64,000 bases of DNA from Chlorokybus atmophyticus (taxonomy: Eukaryota; Plantae; Mesostigma and Chlorokybus algae): NCBI GenBank assembly GCA_009103225.1, contig RHPI01000797.1:1064457-1128456 (forward strand), in the 5' to 3' direction. Of this stretch, positions 1-12,280 are shown one piece after another (positions within the stretch are counted from its first letter, which is position 1; each line of letters begins with the position of its first letter). A program made the translations under genes and the position numbers. The notes beneath the pieces were generated by a model. It was not told where the DNA came from and made no database searches. It saw only the letters and a list, made by a program, of their open reading frames with translations.

Positions 1-334
1 ACCGTGTGTAACAAGCCTTCCCCTCCCCACCCCGCCCCCACATCGTCCCACCCATTTTTCCCACTGCACTGGACGCAAAGCTACGCCGTGCGCTCCTCAT
101 TGTGCATAAGCGCGGCTAGCAGGCACAACACGCATGTCCCTGACTTGCTACTAACATAAAAACATCGTTTGCCACTAGCTAGTGCTCAGCCCGCCCAGGA
201 AGCGCTCCACAGTAATGTGCGTGCATCAATGCGAGTGCGCAGGCCTGTATGGCAAGGCATGCGTGCTCGTAAGCATGTGCATGTGCATGCATGTGTGTTC
301 TGGAGGGTAGAAGGGGGGGAAAGGGAAGGGAAGG

Positions 335-631
335 NNNNNNNNNNNNNNNNNNNNNNNNNNNNNNNNNNNNNNNNNNNNNNNNNNNNNNNNNNNNNNNNNN
401 NNNNNNNNNNNNNNNNNNNNNNNNNNNNNNNNNNNNNNNNNNNNNNNNNNNNNNNNNNNNNNNNNNNNNNNNNNNNNNNNNNNNNNNNNNNNNNNNNNNN
501 NNNNNNNNNNNNNNNNNNNNNNNNNNNNNNNNNNNNNNNNNNNNNNNNNNNNNNNNNNNNNNNNNNNNNNNNNNNNNNNNNNNNNNNNNNNNNNNNNNNN
601 NNNNNNNNNNNNNNNNNNNNNNNNNNNNNNN
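335..631. other. Assembly gap (N run)
   Basis: Run of n, flanked by G-rich sequence on both sides. Confidence 0.99.
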
Positions 632-893
632 CCCGGGGGGGATGCAGGCTTCATGCAACCAGTTAGTAGCCTGACAAAAATGCTCCATTACAGTTCCTAC
701 GCACAAGCTGACTGGTACAAGTGCGTCAATGAGCTGTGCGCCAGCTACCTCTTGACATCGCACCCAGTGGTCAAACAAGTTGACGTTGTGTTTCTGTTAA
801 CCATTTCAACGCTGACTGACAAAGCAAAACAATGTAACAACAACAACCATCCCACAAGCAAAGCAACCAGTCACAACTGTCGCTGCACTTTAC

Positions 894-1315
894 ATGATGT
901 CTTTGGGGAATTTCATGTAGTCGGCTCCATACTTCCTCTCCAGGTTATGCCAGACAGTCTGGAAGATGAGCAGCGGATCCTTGATCTCCAGGGCGGCTGC
1001 GCGCTCGTCGGCCTCGTCCTCTTCATCGTCGTCCTTGGCTACCGCAGTCACATCCACCTCCACAGCAGCATTGCTGGTCTTGCGGCCAGACCATAGTGGC
1101 CCGGTCAAGGGGGGTCCGGCTGTGGCAGGTGTGGCTGCGGCCGGCCATGGAGGAGTTGGAGGGGGGTGTTGAATGGGTGTATGAGACAACAATCTCCCCG
1201 TAGAGTAGCTCCTCCATGCCCTGGATGGAGAAGACCACCACCGTTGCTGCCGCAGGAGTGCGAGCCCCCCCGGCCGGAGCCTCAGCGCTGCGCCGGCAAT
1301 GCCGACTGGCAGCAT
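894..1315 (-). CDS. First coding exon of an adenylate-kinase-like protein with a probable mitochondrial presequence; remaining exons not found (gap or outside the window)
   Basis: ATG at 1315. Arg/Leu/Ser-rich N-terminus without acidic residues, then IKDPLLIFQTVWHNLERKYGADYMKFPKDI, which resembles the segment preceding the P-loop in an atypical protist/fungal/bacterial adenylate kinase group. GT donor at 893. The P-loop itself is not visible. Confidence 0.5.
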
Positions 1316-1878
1316 CCTTGATCGTCACCTAAACCTCATGGACACCAGCACCACGTTCCTTCACCAGGACCACCACCACCCACCCTCCCCGTCCACGCCC
1401 TCCCCACCGCCGCCCCACCACGAACACTCGAGCTACGACACTGCCACGCTGGCAGTCACCATTGTTAAGGTGAGACGTGAGCAGGTGTCAACTACATTGA
1501 CGCTGAGCGTGCGGTTAAGGTCAGGTCAAGCCTTAAAAAGTAGGTTAGGTCGAAAAACGCAATCGTTAAGGCCGGTGGTATTGACTTGCAAGCCACATGT
1601 TAACGCCTGACTAAGCTTGCCACGTGGACTGGTGTTGAGGGTTTGGCTGCGGCGGCGGCGTCATGCGTGGTGTTGTCGATACAGGGTATTTACTGCTGGT
1701 AGCAGCTTAGCGCGTGTTATGGCCTGGCCATAGCTCCACATTCGGCCAAAAGCCAATCTTGGCTTGGCCTGGCCTGGCCTGGTCTGGTCTGCTCTCATGC
1801 TGCGGGCTGCCTCTGGTGAGCGCTAAGCATTGGCCTGAAGTTGGGGCCGAATAGTCTAAAGGCCAGGCGGTCGGCTTG

Positions 1879-3843
1879 ATGGAACATGAGCTCAAGCGGG
1901 AGGTGTGGGCTGGCGCCCTGCCGCTTAAAGTTGCGCTTGCTGAGGACGAAGTCTCTTCCTATCCAGCTCCAAAGCCTATGTTTGTGAGTACAGTGCATGG
2001 CAATATATCGTGTCTCAGTACATCCGACTGGATGTACTGACACACGACTTATGTTGTCATTGCATGTGTTGAATGTCAGGTTAGATGAGACATGACGCTA
2101 CCTGTCGAATAACAGTATGTGGCGACTGCAGTCATGCGTAGGGCTTTTTGAACATGCGGAAGCAGCGCGTACATAAGCATGCACAGGTCTGTTGTCCGCA
2201 TGGCTCCTTTGTCGGCACTTCTCACGTGTTGCTTTCCTGCAGTTACCTTCCCGCACATTGTCCATCATGCTTTGTTGGTTATTGATGGTTTGTGCTGAGG
2301 CATCAGCTTAGTAACCAGATCCGTTGCAATTGGCATTTGATATGTAGCACAGCGTGCAATGCATCGGTGTCATATGTCGGTCCTTGCGTTCAATAGATCG
2401 TTATGAACTGTGCCGTTGTTCACATTGCACAGCTTGTGCCAGATTAATTACCGCACAGTTCAGAAGGAGCCGATGCGGCCTACAGCTAGTTGCACTGTCT
2501 GTGGATGCTGAGTCCAAGGTATGACTGTTGACACCACAGGTAATGCTTCCGCGCCACAGCTACCTGCCCCTGCTGGTCACCACTCTGCGTACACATTTTG
2601 AGCCATCACTCCTTCCAGGCGCCGACACGATGTGGCTGGATTACGGCGGGTTGCCACTAAAGTGGTATGTTATTGTGCACAAATGCGATCCGCATTGCTG
2701 TCAAGATGGGATTTCTCATGCAATGTAAACACGCTCTCATGCAGGCACCTGCCTGCTGGCGTACTATTTGATGTGCTTGCTGATGGTCGATTACCTTGGA
2801 GCGTGACGGTAAGATGAAACTCAACAAGCAGCTTGCTACAACTTGATGAGGCGTTTTACGAGAGTCAAGCACACAATGCAATCTCAACTACTCTCCGTAC
2901 ACACTGGGACTGTGTCAGACAGTTGTGCGAGTATAGTCAACAACGGCCAACACTGCTGCATGGCGTGTTAGGTACACTTCAGGGGCTTCCCAGTTGATAT
3001 CCTGCAACGTTGCGACAGTGAGGAAGCTGTGCGGTCCAGCTTCTTGAACAGTCTGAAAGAGGTATACAGATAATTGACGTGCATGATATTGACCAATGCT
3101 TGGAAGTTGGCTCCAACTCCTGCGCACGTGAGCAGGCAGAGTACCTTGTGCACAGGTCAACGGACTCTGTGATGGGTATGAAGCGAGAAACAATCAATGA
3201 GCTTTGGAGAAGCGTTGTATCAGGTACATTCGAGCACTGGTCGTCATGGTATCGCATGACATGAGTTGCAAGAACAGCTTCACATTGGTCTCTTGAATGT
3301 CTCACAGGCCAGGAGGAAGTGTACACGAACGCTTCAGCTTCACTGTCGTCAGCCAATGACGTGCGTCGCGTACCTGTCAGGCTGTTTGCAATCACGCCTG
3401 CAGGTGATAGCAGCAAAGGCGCCAGCCGCCTGACCTGGGACAGTGTTGTAGTCGCCACACGCGTTGTGGACGCAATGGATGCTGCTGGTGAGTCTGGCAT
3501 GAGGGGCATGCGTGAGTAGCATAAATGAGTCACATAGTTGAGTATTGTGTTTGCGCTCTGTGACGTGGTCAATTGCAAATGCGCAGCGCCACAGGTATTG
3601 AATTCCAATTTTTGTGCAGGTCAACAACAAACCCTACGGACAACACTGGCTTTATGTTTGCCCCAACAGTTTGCAAGTGATGGCGTGACCTCGCTTGCCT
3701 CGGATGAAGGCAGCGGTGCAGGGCTCTTGGTGACAATCCAGGGGGTTACAGCACCGCTTGATGCACCGTTAGGCTGGCTGTGCAAACATCTGAGTGGCCC
3801 CGACAATTTTCTACATATTTGTGTGCGCATGAAGCCCAGATGA
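1879..3843 (+). CDS. ATG5: Autophagy protein 5, 7 coding exons
   Basis: In-phase GT-AG splicing gives MEHELKREVWAGALPLKV..|VMLPRHSYLPLL..WLDYGGLPLKW|HLPAGVLFDVL..LPWSVT|VHFRGFP..FLNSLKE|AEYLVHRS..|..RRVPVRLF..|..IQGVTAPLDAPLGWLCKHLSGPDNFLHICVRMKPR*. These are characteristic ATG5 blocks. Confidence 0.95.
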
Positions 3844-4961
3844 AATGAAGGTTTTGCACAGAAGAACATATCTGTCTGTCAGCTGTCAGCTGTCAGCTGT
3901 CAGCTGCTACCCAAGGTACATGTGAGTGCGTGTGCAGTATAAAGTCATGCAGCGAGCAAGTAACTGATAAGCGACGTTGCTTTCAATAACATTGCATACC
4001 ATGCGCATTGACACATGCAAACGTACATGAGGCCCAGTACAGCAGCTCAATATCATTAGGTGCACTTCACTCCCGCTCTCCCCGCATACCGCAGCTTGCA
4101 GCCAACCCACAAACCTACAGCAGAATATGTAGCTGAGCATGTAACAGACACACCCCATCATGTATATCAAATGCAGGACATGCATGCGCACAACATGCAT
4201 TCAAGTCAGGCCACAGCAATGCATGCAAGGTGTAGTACACCAAAGCACATTCACTTACCCACCGGGCTACTTCTACCACACAAATGTCGTTATACATAGG
4301 TGGTATGCATGTGATGTACAAAGTGTGTATGTGTCATGCGAACTTCAGTTTTGTATGCATGACACATACACCCATGACAAGCATACCAATGCAGTTATCA
4401 ACCACACCACCTAGCTACACATACACAAGTATCTACCTGTGCATAAGCCATTGCATACCACATTGTATGCACATGTGTATACTGGTAACTGAAACTATCA
4501 TCTCAAGCAGCAAAGTGCTACCAACAGCTCGTGTCACAGGTGAGGTAAGATTCAGTTCGGAACAAAGGCACCACGACTGCCGTTTGCAACTGGCTCTATT
4601 GACACTAATTCGGGCCGGATGTGTACATCATCTCAGCCGGCCAAAATGAGTAATGATCCACTGCATAATCATCAGCAGACGGATAAAGTAGCCGTACCAA
4701 GCTATAGCAAACAAGATGTATGAGCAAAGAGAATTTACTTTCTTTGTGCGCATTTTATTTGCATTGTTATCTGCAGTTTACTACCACGATCCACTAATGT
4801 GATGCCCTTCACCTAGATTGCAGCACAGCGCAGCCAAATACCCACACAGCAGGGAGTGGCACATTTTGTTACACAGGCGCGGCTTGGAGAGCTCAGAATC
4901 AATTTTACATGCGGGAGTTCACAACGTTTTGTACAAACAACCCGGGCCTATCCTGCGGTAT

Positions 4962-5713
4962 CTACTTGTTCTTCTTCTCAGGCTCGTCGGGGATGGCAGG
5001 GTCAGGAATGCCAGGCTGCGGTATACAAAAGTCAGGGCCTGGGCCATTGCATGTCGCCGACAAACCACATCACATGCACCAGGATGGCTTACCGCTGAGT
5101 TGTCAGCACCGGGCTCGCCAACTTGTGGGGTGACGGCGTCTCCGACGACAGCCTCCTCGGTCTTCTTGCCGATCTTGGCAACACTCTTCCTCAGGTCCTC
5201 ACCCTCAGCGACCTTGTCGGATTGAGGGTTGAAGGCGTTTTTCAACCGGTCGAGGAGTGACTCAGCCTGCCGAGAGCCACATTGCAATGTGCGTGAGTTA
5301 CAACCCATACAACTGCTGCAACACTACTATGAGTACATGCATTACATTCAATCTCCTCACCTTGGCCTCCTGTGCAAGAGCAGCGGTGAGGGGGATGAAC
5401 GCCAAAGCCTTCACGAAAGACCTGTGACGACACAAGCAAGGGCATTAGGCAAAGGCACATAGCTCACCATGGACATAGATCCGGCAATGCCATGTCAGAG
5501 TAACAAGTGCCGCACACGTGCTCTCCACACAAACACGCACAAGGCAATCAACACGAGCAAGAGCGACAGCAGAGTTGGCACTTACCGGCGGTCGACGGCA
5601 GGGCGCTCCGCGGAGCAGCGGGTGGGCTGCCTGCCGCTGCTGGTAGCCTTGGGGGCGCAGGCCACCTTGGGCACTGCCACAGCCGCAACACCGAGGGACA
5701 GACCCGCCACCAT
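4962..5713 (-). CDS. 138-aa protein of unknown function with a bipartite chloroplast/thylakoid-lumen (Tat) targeting signal; exons 5713-5586, 5421-5361, 5266-5093, 5015-4962
   Basis: All four exons join in phase at GT-AG sites. Ala/Ser/Arg-rich transit peptide, then DRRSFVK, hydrophobic ALAFIPLTAALA and A-K-A. Confidence 0.8.
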
Positions 5714-7820
5714 TGTCGCTGCTAAGTTGCACAGTGTCTGGAGTCAACTGCTGAGTAGAAAACTAACGGGCACGGCGACGCGGGGATGGACGAGGATAAA
5801 CACACGCTCAGGGATAAGCGCAAAAGCTGCTTGAAAGCACACTGCGCGCTGTTGCGTGGCCCAATCACGTTATATACCACGGTGGGCCTGGCGAATGGCA
5901 GTTTGCTCCCCGCCTTTACAACAATACTGCGGGAGACGTGGCTAGATCGCATATCCTTGCTGGAACCAATGATCTCCCGCGAGATTACTGTAATTCAGCT
6001 AGAAGCAAGATATCAAAAAACATAGCGCAGATATAGCGCATTTCAACCATCTCATGCAAGATGCGCCATTATCGGGTGTGTCCTCCGTCAGATCTCTGTC
6101 AGATCACATCTGACGGGGATTGATCGCTGTGAAGAGCCCGTATCATCTGCGCAAGAGATGGCGGATACATTTCAACACAATTGCATGTACTCCCGGTATA
6201 TGCAACAATTGCATACAGGCGTTATGTTATGTAAAGTGTATCCACACGAGTATCCATATGTGTGCACAATTTTGTTCAGATACCTGGTGCAACACGTTGA
6301 TCTCTAATTTACGTGTCTAAACATGCTTGAACAATAATAATGATTAACTTCAAGTAAAAAGACGTATATATAATGCATATAACATATATTATTTATATTA
6401 ATGAATAGTATATCATATTCGCAGTCTTCGTTATTTTACATAATACTTGTGAAGATTATGAAGTACAATCATTTATACTATTTTATACTTGACAGTAACT
6501 TATAATGCCAACCATGGATGATGTAACACAATTTTGATATTGCAGTTATAGTGTGGATATAATGTTTATCAGCGTCATAAGCTCTTTTTGACAATGGTTT
6601 TGTTATTTGCATTCAAGCCGTTATCGCACTTACAACACGTTTGTGTACACAATTGTAGAGATTTATGATTTGCTCTTTCTTGCATTCTCTTATTGACTCA
6701 GCACCGTAACACTTTTCGCTGATTGAAGTTTGTTAAACAAAGAACTAGCACTACAACCAGCATCATTAATAGATGGAAGCCCTGACAGCACCGCACCAAG
6801 GTAGATAATGAACACCTCACCTTCAATACCAGACACACATGCGCAAGTACACACGCATGCACACACAACCACTCCGCGTACACACTTAAACTAAGCGGTA
6901 CAATCGCTGTAGTACACGCCGTATGTGTCTGGCACACACACATGCTACCAATAAGTTACACACGTGTGCACACACTATACCTCCAACATGGGATGGTAGA
7001 GCAAACCTCTTGAAAAGCTATGAACCAGACACCCCACACACAAGTAGTAGCAGAAGCAGTGCACACATTATTATGCGAACACACATGATGCCCACTAGCA
7101 ACTGCAACTCGGCATACATACCCATGTTGCTCTCCGACCAGACACACACCAATGGCTCACAAGGCCCGTGAATGGCAGCAACTAACATGTTTAGTTACAG
7201 CCTTGTGATCGGTATCATGTGTGTGCTTTGCTAGCTTAGCATAAGAGGCTCCGTAAGCCAATTTGGTGCAAGATCCATACCACATGTACACATGCAAATT
7301 GTATCCCATAGCTAGCACTCATACAAATGGTGCAAAACCCCTCGCACATGTGTGCGTGCCATTGCGCGCGCGTAAAGAGTGCCATTGGCGGCATAAGAAC
7401 TGTAATATACCTATTAACATCTGTCACAAGGCACAAGTAGTGTGCTAATGTTAGCATATATGATATATTTACTTACATATGTTGATAAGTCTGATGTCAT
7501 AATGCACGCCGTGTCAGTATGTTAACATTAGCAAAACCTCATCATGTTAAGAGTGGCACAAAAACCCAAAACAACGGTCTTACACACGAAAAACTGATTG
7601 CTTTTAACAACATTTGAGGTCTTCCAGGTTTAAGTAATTACCAATCACTCGAGTAATACTGAAGCCGAGAAGACCGGTTACAAAATTTGGATACTATTTT
7701 CATAGTTTACCATCGAAGTTATTGAACAAGTAAGTGTTGTTGCCAATAACTCATAAGCCCAAGGCTGATCCACGTTGGTAGCAATTCACTCATATTCTGC
7801 CACAGCTACTTTCGACCCCC

Positions 7821-8004
7821 NNNNNNNNNNNNNNNNNNNNNNNNNNNNNNNNNNNNNNNNNNNNNNNNNNNNNNNNNNNNNNNNNNNNNNNNNNNNNNNN
7901 NNNNNNNNNNNNNNNNNNNNNNNNNNNNNNNNNNNNNNNNNNNNNNNNNNNNNNNNNNNNNNNNNNNNNNNNNNNNNNNNNNNNNNNNNNNNNNNNNNNN
8001 NNNN
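7821..8004. other. Assembly gap (N run)
   Basis: Run of n flanked by C runs. Confidence 0.99.
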
Positions 8005-8467
8005 CCTCACTTGCATCACTGCTTTGTCACATGTGCCTGCATAGGTACCTGTGTCATGAGCGCTGTAATACGTGTATACCACATAATGTCGAGAGAAACG
8101 GAGCAGAGAAGCCGAGTCACTCGCAACCTCGTCCATTGCGGCAACAGAGCAAACAAAGCTACGACTCCACCATAGACTATCCATTGCTTTCGCGTATCTT
8201 GTTATTGTCTCTCCCCCACCCCCTTCCTTGGTGCTGAGGCCCAAGTCGAGGGTCTTGCATAGTCTAACTTATATGCATGCTTGTGTATGCCATTTGCATA
8301 CACATTGCGCATGCTGAATACACACACTGCAGCCACCTGAAACGAGTGCGTGCTGCATTTGCCACAATGTGTAACAAAGCGAGGAACAGCTGCCATACCG
8401 CTTAGCCTATACATAGCACTTAAAATGGGGAGGGCAGCATGGGTCACTAGTGCACATACACAGCAAG

Positions 8468-10354
8468 TCATATAGGAGGCCTCCGTTCCACTTCAACATC
8501 CAGGTGCTTGGGTCTGGGGGAGGAGGTAGGTGACGCCTCCAACACCCGTCCACTAAGCACGCTGCGCGGTGAGCTCAAGAACAGATTGTCCTGCTTGGTG
8601 CTGCTGTCTCTATGCCGTGGCGAGTTGCCCAAAAACGGGCTGTCTGGCTTCTCCCTGTCCAGCGCGCGCGGCGTAACAGCTGGCGATGTCTTATAGTAGT
8701 GCTCATTCTCCTCCATCACTATTGATGTGCTTGTGGCATGACCCTCTCCCCTCGTCCAGCGTCTCGGGTTCCAGAAATGCTGCTGACAGACAACTGTCGG
8801 TCTCCACAGTCCGCAAGCGGCCATGCAGCATACCACAAAACACACAAGTGCCTTGCGGCAAGCAAGACACTTGTGTGTTTGTTGTACCTGCTTTTCATGC
8901 TCGCCAATGGATCGTCTCGTAAGCAATAAGTTGATCTGGTCTAGAAGTGAAAAGTCGCTGCTATGACTTCGCTCTATTAGCTGCTTGGCAGTGTTGAGAG
9001 CGGTTCGCGAGGGCTGCCAAAAGTAGACTTAATAAATCCACAGAATAACATTGAAGTACCTACCTTAGCAGTCACACATACTCAATGCCCCGTAAATGCT
9101 ATTGAACACAACACATGATCACAAACAGTACCTTTGGACGGTCCAACAGCATGTTGCACAGGCCGAGGAGATACCAGACTTCAACGTCCTCCTCGTCCTC
9201 GGCCGTGAGCTCCCCCAATAGGTGCGCAGCGGTGTCATACTGCGAGAGCTCTACCAGCAGCCGCGCTGTCACCGTTCGGAAGTCGTACGACGGCACCATG
9301 CCCTCCCGCGCCAGCTTGCGGCAGATGTCCACCGTCCTGCGCACGAGCACCAGAGCCTCCCCTCGCCGGCTCTGACTCAACCTGAAGTCTGCCAGCGCCT
9401 GCGTGGCCTCCGGACAGTCCGGATTGTACAACAGCGCCTGCATAAGCAACTATGACTTTACTCTTCATATCAGACACATTCGCATTGATAGGCATGCGGC
9501 ATCAACATGCTTTTTCTGCAGCATAGTTGAAAAGCCTGTTTGTATGTGAGGCTCTAAGCAATACATGCGATAGCAAATGCCTCCATAGACAATGCAACAT
9601 ATGCAAGACTTGCCTGATCCAGCAACTGTTCACAACGCGGTTGGGACTCTCGCTCATGAAAGCAGTCTGTAAGGTAGACTTTAGCAACAGCGGCCATGAC
9701 CGATGACAGCTCAAGCTGGATGCTACGCCTTTGGCCTTCCCCTTCCTCCCCTTGTACCCCATACGTCCTTTCAAGCTGCAACACAGCCACTCCATATCAA
9801 CAACACTCCTTGAACAATACTTCACATAACTTCATTGCAACTAATCTGTCCCCACCTCTGTTGTGAGCAAGCGCACTGCGTGCTCAAAGCTCGCTATAGC
9901 ATTGCTGCCTTTTGTCAGATGACCAAGCAGGATGAACTTCCCAGCCCCTGCATCTGGCTGCAGCTGTATACTACGCATCAACAAGTGCACAGGAGTCAAG
10001 GCGCACAAGCAGCACTCCAGACGTGGACTTGCTATGCAGTAACATTACAACACAACACAATAATAGCACGTGATGAGGATATTTCTCTCGCACTCTGAGC
10101 TTCTCCAAGCTCTGCTAGCAGCTCAGCCGTCGCATCCATGACTGTTGTGTTCTCTGGCTCAGCTTCAAGCACCTGCCATACGACGTGAAGGCACCATGAA
10201 CAGACCACATGTGACAAACACAAAGGACGATCCACCAACCAAACACCACGTTTACCTTCACATACAACTTGAGTGCTTGGTCAGCCTCCCCTTGCTCAGC
10301 CAACTGTTGTGCTCGTCTCACTAATGCATCTGTTGAAGGCGGCTTCCATGACAT
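8468..10354 (-). CDS. ACL4: TPR protein resembling the assembly chaperone of ribosomal protein L4; start codon and last exon less certain
   Basis: Spliced product includes ALVRRAQQLAEQGEADQALKLYVK|VLEAEPEN..LLAELGEAQSARE|LLMRSIQLQPDAGAGKFILLGHL, LSSVMAAVAKVYLTDCF..RCEQLLDQ|ALLYNPDCPEATQALADFRLSQ, VPSYDFRTVTARLLVEL and EDEEDVEVWYLLG, matching recalled ACL4-family blocks. Confidence 0.75.
9438..9613 (-). other. GC-AG intron in the ACL4-like gene
   Basis: Donor CAG|GCAAGT and acceptor ATGCAG|GCG. Splicing gives LLDQ|ALLYNP in frame; the unspliced frame stops at 9554. Confidence 0.8.
9985..10082 (-). other. U12-type AT-AC minor-spliceosome intron (98 nt) in the ACL4-like gene
   Basis: 5' site ATATCCTC, branch point CCTTGAC (10001-9995) about 10 nt before a terminal AC. 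Removal gives an in-frame TPR helix (SARE|LLMRSIQLQP). Confidence 0.85.
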
Positions 10355-12270
10355 GCCTTGCAGGAATGCAGCGCGCTGCATAGAGGTGCACGAGAATCTG
10401 GTTATTCTAATGACCTTAAGGGACACTGTGCCATCAGCGCCCTGACCCAGGCTTGCTTTACCTCCCAACGCCTTTCTGGCTCGTGACCGAGCGTCTCAAT
10501 AACATACTCCAACATCTGCAAAGAATTTGCGGCAACACCTCAGCTACAGCATTGCAGCAGACTGAATGCATTGCCTATGGTTGCAGTTGCACTGCTTGCA
10601 AAACAATCGATTATCGTTGCCTGAGTACTACTGACTTGAGGCAGCTGACAAGAGCTTGCAAAGGCACCTGGCTGCTTCAAGTGGGATTGTCATGCCCTCA
10701 CGAGGTGTGCGTTATGACTGACTGTGGTCAACTGTGTAGCTTGCTGGTAGTTTTACAACCAGCAAGCTCATAACACCAACACAACACTCAATTGTTACAG
10801 TGGCAAATGGCAAAGTATACTGAGTGACTCACACTTCCACACTAAATGAACTGCATACTAGACAAGACCTTGCCGAAACAAACCTCACCCCTGCCTGGTT
10901 CCCCCCGGCAGGGTCACAGGGCCGTCAATAAGTGTTAGTTATATAAACCCGTCAACTCCAGCGGATGGGTTGCTAGGTGTTTGCATTGTTATATGATATA
11001 TATAATATTTAATAAGCATGAACTGGGTAGGAATCAACTTACAAAGTGCCTAAACCTGCTTCCTTGCAGCTACACCAGTTGGCATGTAAGCGACTGATTG
11101 CGATGAAGCAACCAAGCTAGGCAATGCTCGCTGTGTCTTACAAGCAACTGCCAACAGCCAATTTCCCTTCACAGTGTACTGCAGACGGTTTCGTTTAAGT
11201 AAATTTATATATGACTGGCAGCCAGAGAGGCATGAAAGTGCGGGAGCTGCGTCAGAAGGTGCATAAAGCTATGCTCGCAGCATGTGCATTGCACTGCCAG
11301 TCCCACTGACTGGCTGTTCTAATGTGTGTGGAAACTCACCAGCACAAGGTTCTGAAGAAGAGCAACAATCACAGCAAGGAGCAGGCGCAGCGGGTTGTAG
11401 TTGTACAGCAGTCGCCCAGCTGAAACAACCAAAGCAACAACACTGCTGCCTCTGCTATGCGACGCTCCTCCGGACCCTGGCCCTAGCCGTTGTTTGCGTC
11501 CTGCAGCGGCAGCAGCACCAGGAGCAGGCAATGGAGGCGGCTGAGGTGGAGGTGGAGGAAGGTGATGAGGTCCTCTCATCTCCCGCCCTGACCAGGCCCC
11601 TCAACCGCCTCATCACCCCGCCACTGCTCCACCTGACGCTGCACAGCCAGCTCCTCCGCCTGCTCTCCGGTGCATTACTCCTTTTCCTTCTTGCTCCCCC
11701 CGCCTTGACTATGTCAACACAGCCTACACGTACACGGCCTGCCGCCTGCGCTCATGTTCATGTTGCAACAGCTATGCTAACGACGACACGGAAACCCACA
11801 CGGCCGCCGCCGCCGCCCCCAACAAACCCTCCTCGCTTGACTTGCCCAGAAATGGTTGTTGCCTCTGTGATAGTAACTCTCGTCCCCGCTCGGCCCTTGG
11901 CGACGCCGCCCACGACTACGACAGCGCCCACGACACGGTGGTCGCCGCATAACCTGCGTCAGGTCACCTGACCGTCACAGAAGGAAAAGGATATCGCTAC
12001 CTCCAAGCGATTTCCACAGCTTCAACTGGTGTCGCTGTCAGAAAGTTGCCTTCACTCCCATCAATCAGCCTTCACATTGAGATATCCACGCTCGGTTGAC
12101 TTTCTGCAAGCATCACGTGCCACTCTTTGCCGCACAAGCACTGCTAGTGCGAGTAAAGCACAAGACTGTCGCCGACGTGGACGCTCCTGCTGGAAGCTGA
12201 TGCTCCAAACCTGCGATATTGGCAAAAGCACGGATATCGAGTTGCCACCGATAGTGGTGGCCGTGAATGA

Positions 12271-12280
12271 ATTAGGGTTT
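12271..12280 (-). promoter_or_regulatory. Telo-box (AAACCCTAAT) in a CCG-rich leader, divergent from pTAC3
   Basis: Exact motif on the minus strand next to (CCG)n at about 12290-12313. Confidence 0.5.

Noticed and set aside
169-778. Long ORFs spanning the first N gap (and 7775-8244 across the second)
   Set aside because: They are open only because N codons contain no stops.
3876-3906. (CTGTCAG)x4 just after the ATG5 stop; also (GGCCT/GGTCT)n at about 1761-1790
   Set aside because: Simple short tandem repeats without spacers; not CRISPR-like and no sign of function.
6085-6116. 9-bp inverted repeat CCGTCAGAT..ATCTGACGG
   Set aside because: Single short hairpin with no Helitron-like CTRR end, no terminal repeats and no second copy.
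11282-11971. 229-aa plus-strand ORF
   Set aside because: Low-complexity, no recognisable motif, and it lies antisense to a GC-rich region whose splice and promoter signals are on the minus strand.
11985-11994. ATATCCTTTT on the minus strand, resembling a U12 donor
   Set aside because: No branch point plus AC at a suitable distance; better explained as a pyrimidine tract before an AG acceptor.
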